Assembly: GCA_018829775.1 (NCBI GenBank)
Contig: JAHJTL010000061.1
Span: forward strand, 5,280-69,279
Length of the DNA stretch: 64,000 nucleotides
Origin: Chloroflexota bacterium
GTDB lineage: Bacteria > Chloroflexota > Dehalococcoidia > Dehalococcoidales > RBG-16-60-22
Direction of reading: 5' to 3'
The notes under the pieces are model-generated. The model did no database searches. It worked only from the letters and a program-made list of their open reading frames with translations, and had not been told where the DNA came from. Positions 17,277-26,949 of this stretch are shown one piece after another. Numbering within the stretch: the first letter of the stretch is position 1; each line of letters begins with the position of its first letter. Position numbers and translations under genes: made by a program.

Positions 17277-17915
17277 ATGGTGAATCTGGAAGAGCTGAGC
17301 CAGGCAGTGGTCAAGGGCGATATTGACACTGCTGAGGAGTTGACGAAAAAGGCTGTCGAGGGTGGTATCCGGGTCGCTGATATCCTGAATACGGGGCTGA
17401 TTCCCGGCCTCCGAAAGGTTGGGGAGCTTTTCGAGAAAGGCGAGTACTATTTACCGGAGTTAATCGTCTCCGGGGACGCCGTGGCCAAGGCGATGGAGTA
17501 CCTTAAACCGATGATGGGTGAGGAAGGCGCATTATATATGGGGAAATACCTTATCGGCACGGTACAGGGTGATGTCCATGACCTGGGCAAGAACATTGTT
17601 ATCATGATGCTGAGGGGAAATGGCTGGGAGGTGACCGACCTGGGCGTGGATATTTCCCCGGAGGAATTTTGCTCGGCGGTGTCCACCGGCGACTATGATA
17701 TCGTCGGCATGTCTTCTCTGCTGACGATGACGATGCCCAACGCAGCCCAGACCATTGAGGCTTTGAAAGCTGCCGGGCTGAGAAACAAGGTGAAGATAAT
17801 GGTTGGCGGGGCACCGACCACGGCGGAGTGGGCGGCACAGATTGGTGCCGATGCCCACGCCAAAGACGGTCCCGTGGCGGCACTCGTGGCGGCAAAACTG
17901 GTGGGAAAATCATAG
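17277..17915 (+). CDS. Corrinoid (cobalamin)-binding protein of methyltransferase systems
   Basis: N-terminal helical cap plus a B12-binding Rossmann domain with GDVHDLGKN (DxHxxG), MSSLLT (SxL) and MVGGAP (GG). Confidence 0.9.
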   Translation: MVNLEELSQAVVKGDIDTAEELTKKAVEGGIRVADILNTGLIPGLRKVGELFEKGEYYLPELIVSGDAVAKAMEYLKPMMGEEGALYMGKYLIGTVQGDVHDLGKNIVIMMLRGNGWEVTDLGVDISPEEFCSAVSTGDYDIVGMSSLLTMTMPNAAQTIEALKAAGLRNKVKIMVGGAPTTAEWAAQIGADAHAKDGPVAALVAAKLVGKS

Positions 17916-17924
17916 GAGAGAGAA

Positions 17925-18968
17925 ATGAACGGACTGGAACGGGTGATGACAGCACTCAAAATACAGGAACCGGACCGGGTGCCCCATTTCGAACGGATTG
18001 CCAAGAGGGTGAGGGAGGCCATACTGCCCGGTGCTTCAGAGGAAGATATTGTCGAGCACCTGGACCTGGACGGCGTCAGGTTTATTGACCGGACGCATTC
18101 CTGGAGCTACGAAAATGTGGGCGAGGGTGAGAAGGTCAAACGCGACCAGTGGGGCGGCCTCGTTCGCTACTCATCCGAAGACAATCCCATCCCGATGGAG
18201 CCCGCGATTAAGTCCGAGAAAGACCTTGACGGCTACAAGCTTCCCGACCCTGATGAAGAGTGGCGGTACGAACATTTAAAGCAGCTTGTAAAACGTTTCA
18301 AAGGAGAACGGGCCATCGTGGTCGGGGTGACCGATATCTTTGCTCTCGGCCGTGAAAACTTCCTCGGCGACGTGAACTATTTCCGTGCCATGGTGAAAAA
18401 CCCCGAATTCATTTACCGGGCCAATGAATTCATGATGGACTACCAGCTGAGGTATATGCGGAACTGCATCGATATGGGCGTTGATATCTTCTGGATAAAC
18501 GGCGACTGGGCGATGACCGAGCGGCCGATGGTCTCCCGTGAGTTCACGGAAAGGTTTCTGGCGCCGCCTTTCAAGAAGCTCGTCGATTTCGCACATAGTC
18601 GGGGAGTCCCCGTAATCAAGCATACGGATGGCAATATCTGGCCCATCTATGACACCATCATTGATGCCGGTGCCGACGGTCTGCACCCCATCGACCCCAT
18701 GGCCGGGATGGACATCGGCGAGGCCAAGGCCACCTTTGGCGATAAAATCTGTCTGTGCGGCAACGTAAGCTGTGCCTTCAGCCTCGTCTCAGGGACGGAG
18801 GAAGAAGTGCGCCGGGAGACCAGGGAGGTCATCAGGAAGGCGGGGAAGGGTGGGGGGCTGATATGCATGTCCAGCAACTCGATTCATTCCGGCGTCAATC
18901 CCCAAAATTACCTGGCGATGGTCAAGGCAATCAGGGAGTTCGGGCAGTATCCCCTGGCGCTGGACTAG
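17925..18968 (+). CDS. Uroporphyrinogen-decarboxylase-fold methyltransferase (MtaA/MtbA/MtqA-like)
   Basis: URO-D family architecture (RVPHFE..., IKHTDGNIWPI..., LHPIDP, ICLCGNV). It lies 9 nt downstream of the corrinoid protein gene. Confidence 0.8.
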   Translation: MNGLERVMTALKIQEPDRVPHFERIAKRVREAILPGASEEDIVEHLDLDGVRFIDRTHSWSYENVGEGEKVKRDQWGGLVRYSSEDNPIPMEPAIKSEKDLDGYKLPDPDEEWRYEHLKQLVKRFKGERAIVVGVTDIFALGRENFLGDVNYFRAMVKNPEFIYRANEFMMDYQLRYMRNCIDMGVDIFWINGDWAMTERPMVSREFTERFLAPPFKKLVDFAHSRGVPVIKHTDGNIWPIYDTIIDAGADGLHPIDPMAGMDIGEAKATFGDKICLCGNVSCAFSLVSGTEEEVRRETREVIRKAGKGGGLICMSSNSIHSGVNPQNYLAMVKAIREFGQYPLALD

Positions 18969-18980
18969 TCAATAAAATAT

Positions 18981-19826
18981 TTAATGGGCGGTCAACCGAC
19001 CGCCGTCAACATTGATGGACTGCCCGGTAATGAAGCTGGCCTCCTCCGAGCAGAGAAAGGCAATCAGATTGGCTGCGTCGTCAGGGTAGCCGAGGCGTCC
19101 CAGCGGAGTGAATTGCACCGCGTCGGCGTGGATGCTGTGGGCGGCTTCGGTTACGCTTATTCCTTTCTCGCTGGCAATTTTTGCAGCCTTCCCGTAGTCG
19201 CTCAGGTCGGTGAGAAATCGACCCGGGCAGACGGCGTTGACCCTGATGTTGTAGGGCGCCAGCTCGACGGCCATGACCTGGGTCAGACCGACGACGCCGA
19301 ATTTGGAAGCCGTGTATGCGCTGACATTGGCCCGCCCCACCTTACCCGAAAGAGAAGCGACGTTGACGATAACGCCGCTCTTTCTCTCCGCCATATGCCT
19401 GGCCACCGTCTGGCCGCAGTGGAAAACGCCGGTGAGGTTGGCGGCGATATGGCGGTGCCACTGTTCCTCTTCGGTCTCCAGAAAAGGCTGCGGCACATAG
19501 ACCCCGGCATTGGCAACGAGGATATCCAGGTGTCCGAACTCGTTGACGACCCGCTCCACCATTTCCTGGACCTGTTTTCTATCGGTAATGTCGGCGGTGA
19601 TGGCCAGCCCTCTCACGCCAAAGGACTCGATTTCCTCAACCAGGCTCTCCAGCCCCCGCCACCCCTCCGCCTTTTCCTCCTCGGGAAACTCCTCCGGCGG
19701 GCGGTAGCGCCCGTTCACCGCCACGTCGGCGCCGCACCTGGCCAGACGTATCGCCGTGGCGTGGCCCATACCGCGCTTGCGTGCTGCCCCGGTTATCAGC
19801 GCCACTTTGCCTTTGAAATCGTACAT
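18981..19826 (-). CDS. Short-chain dehydrogenase/reductase
   Basis: KGKVALITGAARKRGMG, NAG and YTASKFG (YxxxK). The ATG at 19826 was chosen within the longer ORF. Confidence 0.85.
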   Translation of the reverse strand: MYDFKGKVALITGAARKRGMGHATAIRLARCGADVAVNGRYRPPEEFPEEEKAEGWRGLESLVEEIESFGVRGLAITADITDRKQVQEMVERVVNEFGHLDILVANAGVYVPQPFLETEEEQWHRHIAANLTGVFHCGQTVARHMAERKSGVIVNVASLSGKVGRANVSAYTASKFGVVGLTQVMAVELAPYNIRVNAVCPGRFLTDLSDYGKAAKIASEKGISVTEAAHSIHADAVQFTPLGRLGYPDDAANLIAFLCSEEASFITGQSINVDGGRLTAH

Positions 19827-19903
19827 GCCGGTCTCCAGGGTCGCTGAATTGGAACTTGGTGAGTGCCTCCATCTTATCACAGGGCAGAAAGAAATCCAAA
19901 CCC

Positions 19904-19932
19904 CTCCATAAGAGTGATATAATAGCGGAAAA
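19904..19932 (+). promoter_or_regulatory. Putative extended -10 promoter of the racemase gene
   Basis: TGA-TATAAT (19924-19932) with a weak -35 TCCAAA (19904-19909). Confidence 0.3.
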
Positions 19933-19975
19933 GCGTCCTGAACCGAATGGTTACTATCAACGAGAGGAGAACAGT

Positions 19976-20671
19976 ATGAACAAGCACATTGGCATCGTTG
20001 CCTGCAGCGCGGAGGGGGCGGCGCTCTGCTATCGCACCATCTGCACCGAAGCACCGGCTTTGCTGGGGAAATACGACCACCCCGAGGTCACCATGCACAC
20101 CTTTTCCCTTGCCGACTATATGCGGTACATTGAGGCCGATGACTGGAAGAGCATTGCCGACCTCATGCTTGCTTCCGTGAAGAAAGTAGCCGGGGCGGGC
20201 GCGGAATTCGCCATCTGCCCGGACAACACCATCCACCAGGCTTTTGAGCTATTCGTTGATAAATCGCCGATTCCCTGGCTGCACATCGCCGGGGTGGTGG
20301 CGGAGGAGGCTAAACGTAATAATCTTAAGAAACTCGGCATACTGGGCACGCGCTTTTTGATGGAAGGCCCGGTATATAGAAAGAAGCTTGACGCTGCCGG
20401 CATCGGGCATATGATTCCGGAGAAAGAGGACCGCGAGCGCATCAACTCGATTATTCTGGACGAGCTGGTGGCTGGTATCTTCACCGATGAATCGCGCGCC
20501 TATTTCACCGGGGTTATCAACTGGCTGAAAGACCGTGGCTGCGACGCCGTGGTCCTGGGCTGCACCGAGATACCTTTAATCGTAACGCAGGAAAGCTCAC
20601 CGCTGCCGGTGCTGGACTCGACGCGGCTGCTGGCTAGGGCGGCCTTGAAGAAAGCAATCGAGACAGCGTAA
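19976..20671 (+). CDS. Aspartate/glutamate/hydantoin racemase-family protein
   Basis: The two half-site Cys motifs are ICPDNTIH and LGCTEIPL. The ATG at 19976 is preceded by GAGGAG. Confidence 0.8.
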   Translation: MNKHIGIVACSAEGAALCYRTICTEAPALLGKYDHPEVTMHTFSLADYMRYIEADDWKSIADLMLASVKKVAGAGAEFAICPDNTIHQAFELFVDKSPIPWLHIAGVVAEEAKRNNLKKLGILGTRFLMEGPVYRKKLDAAGIGHMIPEKEDRERINSIILDELVAGIFTDESRAYFTGVINWLKDRGCDAVVLGCTEIPLIVTQESSPLPVLDSTRLLARAALKKAIETA

Positions 20672-20724
20672 AATGAGAAGCGTGAAAACGGCTTTAAATG
20701 AATCGAGAGGAGCATGGTAAATAT

Positions 20725-21708
20725 ATGAAAAAGCGCGTCTTTTCCGGCATCCAGCCCACCGGTGACCTGCATATCGGCAACTACCTCGGTGCCATCCAGC
20801 ACTGGCTGAAGATACAGCACGAGTATGACAGCATCTTCTGCGTCGTCGACCTCCACGCCATCACCGTTCCCCAGGAGCCCAAGGTACTGAAGGCAAAGAT
20901 ACGGGAGGTGGCGGGGCTGCTCATTGCCTCCGGGATTGACCCCACTATAGCCAGTGTCTTTGTCCAGTCCCACGTCCATGAACACAGCGAGCTGACCTGG
21001 ATTCTCAACTGCTACATCCCGATGGGCTGGATGCGGCGCATGACCCAGTTCAAGGAAAAATCGCAGAAACAGAGGGAGGAGGTCAGCACCGCGCTCTTCG
21101 ACTATCCGGCGCTGATGGCGGCTGATATCCTGCTCTACAATACTGACGAGGTGCCGGTGGGGGAGGACCAGAAACAGCATGTTGAGCTGGCGCGAAATGC
21201 GGCCCAGCGCTTCAACACCATCTACGGCGAGACGTTTACCGTGCCCAAAGCGGTCATCGCCAAGACGGGCGCCCGTATCATGGGTCTCGACGACCCGACA
21301 CAGAAGATGAGCAAGAGCGAGGAGCAGCCGGGTCGCGCTATAAATCTGCTCGATTCCCCTGATGATATGCGGAGCAAAATCATGCGGGCGACCACCGACT
21401 CCCTGCGCGAGATACGCTTTGACGAAAACCGTCCCGGTATAAATAATCTGCTCGTCATCTACGAGCAGTTCACCGGGCAGGGCAGAGAAGAGATTGAGTC
21501 GCGGTTTGAGGGCAAAGGCTACGTGGACTTGAAGCGGGAACTGGCTGAGGTGGTCGTCGAAAGCGTCAATGTGGTGCAGACCCGCTATCGTGAGCTGACC
21601 GCCGACCCGGCACATATTGACCGGCTGCTGGCCGAGGGGGCAGATAAGGTCCGACCGACGGCCGAAAAGACCCTGGCTCTGGTCAAAGAACGGGTGGGGA
21701 TAGGGTAA
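20725..21708 (+). CDS. trpS: Tryptophan--tRNA ligase
   Basis: FSGIQPTGDLHIGNYLG (HIGH motif), KMSKS, and a class Ic layout. Confidence 0.9.
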   Translation: MKKRVFSGIQPTGDLHIGNYLGAIQHWLKIQHEYDSIFCVVDLHAITVPQEPKVLKAKIREVAGLLIASGIDPTIASVFVQSHVHEHSELTWILNCYIPMGWMRRMTQFKEKSQKQREEVSTALFDYPALMAADILLYNTDEVPVGEDQKQHVELARNAAQRFNTIYGETFTVPKAVIAKTGARIMGLDDPTQKMSKSEEQPGRAINLLDSPDDMRSKIMRATTDSLREIRFDENRPGINNLLVIYEQFTGQGREEIESRFEGKGYVDLKRELAEVVVESVNVVQTRYRELTADPAHIDRLLAEGADKVRPTAEKTLALVKERVGIG

Positions 21709-21719
21709 TCGCGCTGTCC

Positions 21720-23177
21720 CTAGCCTTTGATAACCCCGATTGGCCTCGTTCTGGCCACGATTTTCGAGATACCGGCATTGTGGGCAATGCCCACCACCAA
21801 GGAAACGTCTTTGTAGGCTTCTGGAGCCTCCTCGGCAAGTCCAGAGAGGCTGCCGGCACGCACCGTTATGCCGCGTGACTGCAGCGACTCAAGTACATCT
21901 CTTCCGCTTTGATGCCTCTTCGCTGCGGACCGGCTCTGCAATCTGCCGGCACCGTGGCAGGTGGAGCCGAACGTCTCCTTCATCGCCTGCTCCGTCCCGA
22001 CCAGCACGTAGGAAAACCGCCCCATATCTCCGGGAATGAGCACCGGCTGACCGATCTGAGCATATTTCTTGGGTACGTCGGGATGGCCGGCGGGAAAAGC
22101 CCGCGTAGCACCCTTGCGGTGCACACATAGCTTCAGCTTCTGACCATTGACCACGTATTCCTCTATCTTGGCGATATTGTGGGCGACGTCGTAGATAAGC
22201 TCCAGGCCGGCATCGGCTTCTTTTATTCCCAGCACCTGGCAGAACGACTCCCTCACCCAGTGGGCGATGCACTGTCGGTTGGCCCAGGCGTAGTTGGCAG
22301 CACAGCGCATTGCGGCCAGATATGCCTGGCCCTCCGGGGATTTGACCGGGCTGCAGGCGAGCTGGCGGTCGGGGAGGTCGATGTCGTATCTGGTCATTGC
22401 CCTGACCATCTCCTTGATGTAGTCATCGGCTACCTGGTGGCCCAGACCGCGCGAGCCGCAGTGAACGTAAAGCATCACCTGGTCGACCTCGTTGATGCCC
22501 ATGGCCCCGGCAATGTCCGGCTCGTAAATCTGGTCAACCAGTGCCACCTCAAGGAAGTGGTTGCCCGAGCCCAGTGTGCCCAGCTGTGGAGTGCCGCGCT
22601 CCTTGGCTCGCCCGCTGACCTTGGACGGGTCGGCCCCGGCCATCTCGCCGTTTTCCTCGGTGCTCTCCAGGTCTTCCGGCCTACCGTACCCGTGTTCCAC
22701 CGCCCAGCGAGAGCCTTTTCTCAAAACATCATTTATCTCTCCGCCCTTCAGCCTGATTTTACCCTTGGAGCCAACGCCTGAGGGCACGCTGTTGTACAGG
22801 GCGTCCATAAGTTGCTTCATTTTCGGGATGACGTCACCCTTCATCAGATTCGTGCGCAGCAGGCGTACGCCGCAGTTGATGTCAAAGCCAACGCCTCCCG
22901 GCGAAATCACGCCATCATCCACCCTCATTGCCGCCACTCCGCCGATGGGAAAGCCGTAGCCCCAGTGGATATCGGGCATGGCCAGCGAGTAGTCCACAAT
23001 GCCGGGCAGGAAGGCGACGTTGACCACCTGCTCCAAGGCCTGTTCCTGGCGAATTTGCTTTACCATATCGGCGTCAGCGTAGATAATGCCGGGCACACGC
23101 ATGCCCTGCTTGTAGCTTCTCGGTATTCGCCAGCGATAGTCATCGATTTTTTCCAGCGGTCCATTCCACGGCGCCAT
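21720..23177 (-). CDS. rtcB: RNA 3'-phosphate/5'-OH ligase RtcB
   Basis: DIHWGYGFPIGGV, GFDINCGVR, GSGNHF, HCGSRGLGHQ, IPGDMG and STCHGAGR. Confidence 0.95.
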   Translation of the reverse strand: MAPWNGPLEKIDDYRWRIPRSYKQGMRVPGIIYADADMVKQIRQEQALEQVVNVAFLPGIVDYSLAMPDIHWGYGFPIGGVAAMRVDDGVISPGGVGFDINCGVRLLRTNLMKGDVIPKMKQLMDALYNSVPSGVGSKGKIRLKGGEINDVLRKGSRWAVEHGYGRPEDLESTEENGEMAGADPSKVSGRAKERGTPQLGTLGSGNHFLEVALVDQIYEPDIAGAMGINEVDQVMLYVHCGSRGLGHQVADDYIKEMVRAMTRYDIDLPDRQLACSPVKSPEGQAYLAAMRCAANYAWANRQCIAHWVRESFCQVLGIKEADAGLELIYDVAHNIAKIEEYVVNGQKLKLCVHRKGATRAFPAGHPDVPKKYAQIGQPVLIPGDMGRFSYVLVGTEQAMKETFGSTCHGAGRLQSRSAAKRHQSGRDVLESLQSRGITVRAGSLSGLAEEAPEAYKDVSLVVGIAHNAGISKIVARTRPIGVIKG

Positions 23178-23188
23178 CCTGTCACCTC

Positions 23189-23599
23189 CTACACGTCCAG
23201 GATAACCTGTACCTGATTCTTCTCCCGGTCAACCTTCAGCATGTGATAGGTAGCCGACTTCACCCCCGTCTTCAAGCGATGGCGGGAAGGGTCGTACTTT
23301 TCACCGTAGCAGATTGCCGTCAAGACAGAACCATCAAAACGTTCGATATCAAACCGCTTCAGCAGCAGCATCTCGACGTCGAATATATAGAGTAAATAGT
23401 TGAGCCACTCGAAGAGCAGGGTTTCCGTGTCTTCTTCTTTAAGCTCTACCTGACAGGACTCTCTTTCCTGTACCCTGCCGAGGTCGGCGATAATGGAGAA
23501 TAGGCCATAGGCAGCGTTGGCAAACGCCTCAGCCAGGTCATGCCCGTAGGCGACCAGTCCCATGTCAGCCGTGTGCTCGATAAGCTCGAATCGTTTCAT
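23189..23599 (-). CDS. Archease (RtcB activator)
   Basis: MKRFELIEHTADMGLVAYG...TGVKSATYHMLKV. It lies immediately upstream of rtcB on the same strand (11-nt gap). Confidence 0.9.
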   Translation of the reverse strand: MKRFELIEHTADMGLVAYGHDLAEAFANAAYGLFSIIADLGRVQERESCQVELKEEDTETLLFEWLNYLLYIFDVEMLLLKRFDIERFDGSVLTAICYGEKYDPSRHRLKTGVKSATYHMLKVDREKNQVQVILDV

Positions 23600-23663
23600 T
23601 TTTACTTTCCGTACAACTAATATTATATCGCATAGTGGCAGCTATAAAATAGGGGAGGTTTTC

Positions 23664-23692
23664 TTGAATAAAAGCTGAATCCCCTGTATCAT
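23664..23692 (+). promoter_or_regulatory. Putative promoter of ahcY-metK
   Basis: TTGAAT (23664-23669), a 17-nt spacer, then TATCAT (23687-23692). Confidence 0.3.
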
Positions 23693-23716
23693 TAATTAAC
23701 ATGGCGTCGATTTTGA

Positions 23717-24991
<1,275 letters not shown>

Positions 24992-25009
24992 AATCTTGGA
25001 GTTATTCAA

Positions 25010-26230
25010 ATGGAGGCCAAAATGACCAGTAGTTTTGCGAGCTCATCCAGTTACTTGATGACATCCGAGTCAGTGGCAGAAGGACACCCGGATAAGATTT
25101 GCGACCAGATATCGGATGCCATACTGGATGCAATAATGAAGCAAGACCCATATGGTCGGGTAGCGTGTGAAACAGCGGTGACCAACGGTCTGGTCATTGT
25201 CATGGGGGAGATAACCACCGACTGCTACGTGGAGGTACCGCAGATAGTGCGGCAGGTGGTTCGAGATATCGGGTATGTCCGCCCCGAATACGGATTTGAT
25301 TTCCAGTCATGCGGCGTGATGGTTTCCATCAATGAGCAGTCGGCGGACATAGCGCTGGGTGTGGATAAGTCGCTGGAGGCCAAGACCGAGAAATCAGCCA
25401 CCGAAATGGACGAAATCGGGGCCGGCGACCAGGGAATGATGGTTGGATTCGCCTGCAACGAGACCCCGGAACTGATGCCACTGCCGATTTCTCTGTCGCA
25501 CAAGCTGTGCCGACAACTGGCCGAGGTGAGGAGGAAGGGGACATTGCCGTACCTCCGCCCCGATGGCAAGTCGCAGGTTACCGTGGAGTACAGTAACGGG
25601 AAGCCAGTTCGGGTGACCAATGTGGTCATCGGTGCCCAGCACGACCCCGACCCGTCCCACGATAAAATTCAGCAGGATATTATTGAGCACGTGGTCAGGA
25701 AAGTCATCCCGCCATCGCTTCTGGACAAGGAAACGCAGTACTACGTCAATGCCACCGGCCGGTTTGTCATCGGCGGGCCGGTATCTGACACCGGCTTTAC
25801 CGGTCGGAAGATACTGGTCGATACCTACGGCGGCATTGCCCGGCACGGCGGCGGTGCCTTTTCCGGCAAGGACCCGACCAAGGTTGACCGTTCGGCGGCG
25901 TATGCCGCGCGCTACGTGGCCAAGAATCTGGTTGCGGCGGGGCTGGCGGAGCGATTGGAAATTCAGGTCTCCTACGTCATCGGCGTTGCCCACCCGCTCT
26001 CCATTTCCATCGAGACCTTCGGCACGGGCAAGGTCAGCAATGAGGTGCTTCTTGGGCTGGTAAACAAACATTTTGACCTGCGGCCGGGCGCCATCATCCG
26101 GTATTTAAACCTGCGCCGCCCCATTTACCGCCAGACCGCCTGCTACGGGCACTTCGGCCGGGACGACATTGACCTATCCTGGGAGAAGACGGACAAGGCA
26201 GATATGCTGAGAAAAGAGGTACTGGGGTAG
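25010..26230 (+). CDS. metK: S-adenosylmethionine synthase
   Basis: [28 protein letters not shown] and [16 protein letters not shown]. An alternative start lies at 25022. Confidence 0.95.
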   Translation: MEAKMTSSFASSSSYLMTSESVAEGHPDKICDQISDAILDAIMKQDPYGRVACETAVTNGLVIVMGEITTDCYVEVPQIVRQVVRDIGYVRPEYGFDFQSCGVMVSINEQSADIALGVDKSLEAKTEKSATEMDEIGAGDQGMMVGFACNETPELMPLPISLSHKLCRQLAEVRRKGTLPYLRPDGKSQVTVEYSNGKPVRVTNVVIGAQHDPDPSHDKIQQDIIEHVVRKVIPPSLLDKETQYYVNATGRFVIGGPVSDTGFTGRKILVDTYGGIARHGGGAFSGKDPTKVDRSAAYAARYVAKNLVAAGLAERLEIQVSYVIGVAHPLSISIETFGTGKVSNEVLLGLVNKHFDLRPGAIIRYLNLRRPIYRQTACYGHFGRDDIDLSWEKTDKADMLRKEVLG

Positions 26231-26267
26231 AGGATAAATTTCTTAAGAAGGTTAGAGGGGTCGAATA

Positions 26268-26828
26268 GTGTGTTGGCGGAAACCTAAAAAAGTCATCAAG
26301 TTAAAGTCACCGATTTCCTTAGCAAATAAGGATGATGAACATAAGGGTTGGATAAGAGTTTCGGAAAACTTGCGTAAAGGTATTCGGAATGGAGCCTATG
26401 TCAAGATTGAGGCATACAAAAGGAAAGCATATTGTCAGATTCGGGGTACACCAAAGAAAGAGGGGCGCATAGAAATCAACGAATGGTACAGAAATGCTCT
26501 TGGTTGGACTGACCCGCCAGAGGGAATCGAGTTGATTATAAAAGAGGTCGGACTCTCTGGAAGACTTCACGCATTTTCATCTCATCCAGATGATATTGTG
26601 CGTATAGGTGTAGGACTTGGAATAATCAGCGTGGGTTTAGGTTTATTAAGCGTAGTTATGGCTTCCCTTCCGCCAAGCATTCGACTTATGGCTAGCGGTA
26701 ACTTATCTGATTCTGCCTGGGGTATGGCAGGTCTTATCTTAGGATTGATTCTTACACCACTAGTTGTATTTCTGTTATGCCAAGGAGTTTCGATATTTGT
26801 TCAGAGACTCCCTAAGCCACTCAATTGA
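26268..26828 (+). CDS. Hypothetical membrane protein (soluble ~100-aa N-domain plus two predicted TM helices)
   Basis: GTG start with a GAGGGG RBS. Hydrophobic segments are IVRIGVGLGIISVGLGLLSVVMASL and AWGMAGLILGLILTPLVVFLLCQGVSIFV. It is AT-richer than both neighbours, and a hairpin plus T-run follows. No family was recognised. Confidence 0.55.
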   Translation: MCWRKPKKVIKLKSPISLANKDDEHKGWIRVSENLRKGIRNGAYVKIEAYKRKAYCQIRGTPKKEGRIEINEWYRNALGWTDPPEGIELIIKEVGLSGRLHAFSSHPDDIVRIGVGLGIISVGLGLLSVVMASLPPSIRLMASGNLSDSAWGMAGLILGLILTPLVVFLLCQGVSIFVQRLPKPLN

Positions 26829-26847
26829 GAAAAAATTAAGAGGTTCT

Positions 26848-26870
26848 AAAGGGGCGAAGCCCCCCTTTTA
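26848..26870 (+). terminator. Small intrinsic-terminator-like hairpin
   Basis: GGGGC-GAA-GCCCC followed by CCTTTTA, 20 nt after the stop of 26268..26828. Confidence 0.45.
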
Positions 26871-26949
26871 TAACCCTTCCTTCCTCCCTGATAGGAGGGA
26901 AGGACAAAGGGGGAAGGTCACCTAATAAAATAATGTTGGGTGAAGAGAA

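Noticed and set aside
20672-20724. A T-box leader upstream of trpS.
   Set aside because: Only ~53 nt are available between the racemase stop and the trpS start. That is far too short for a T-box (roughly 200 nt or more).
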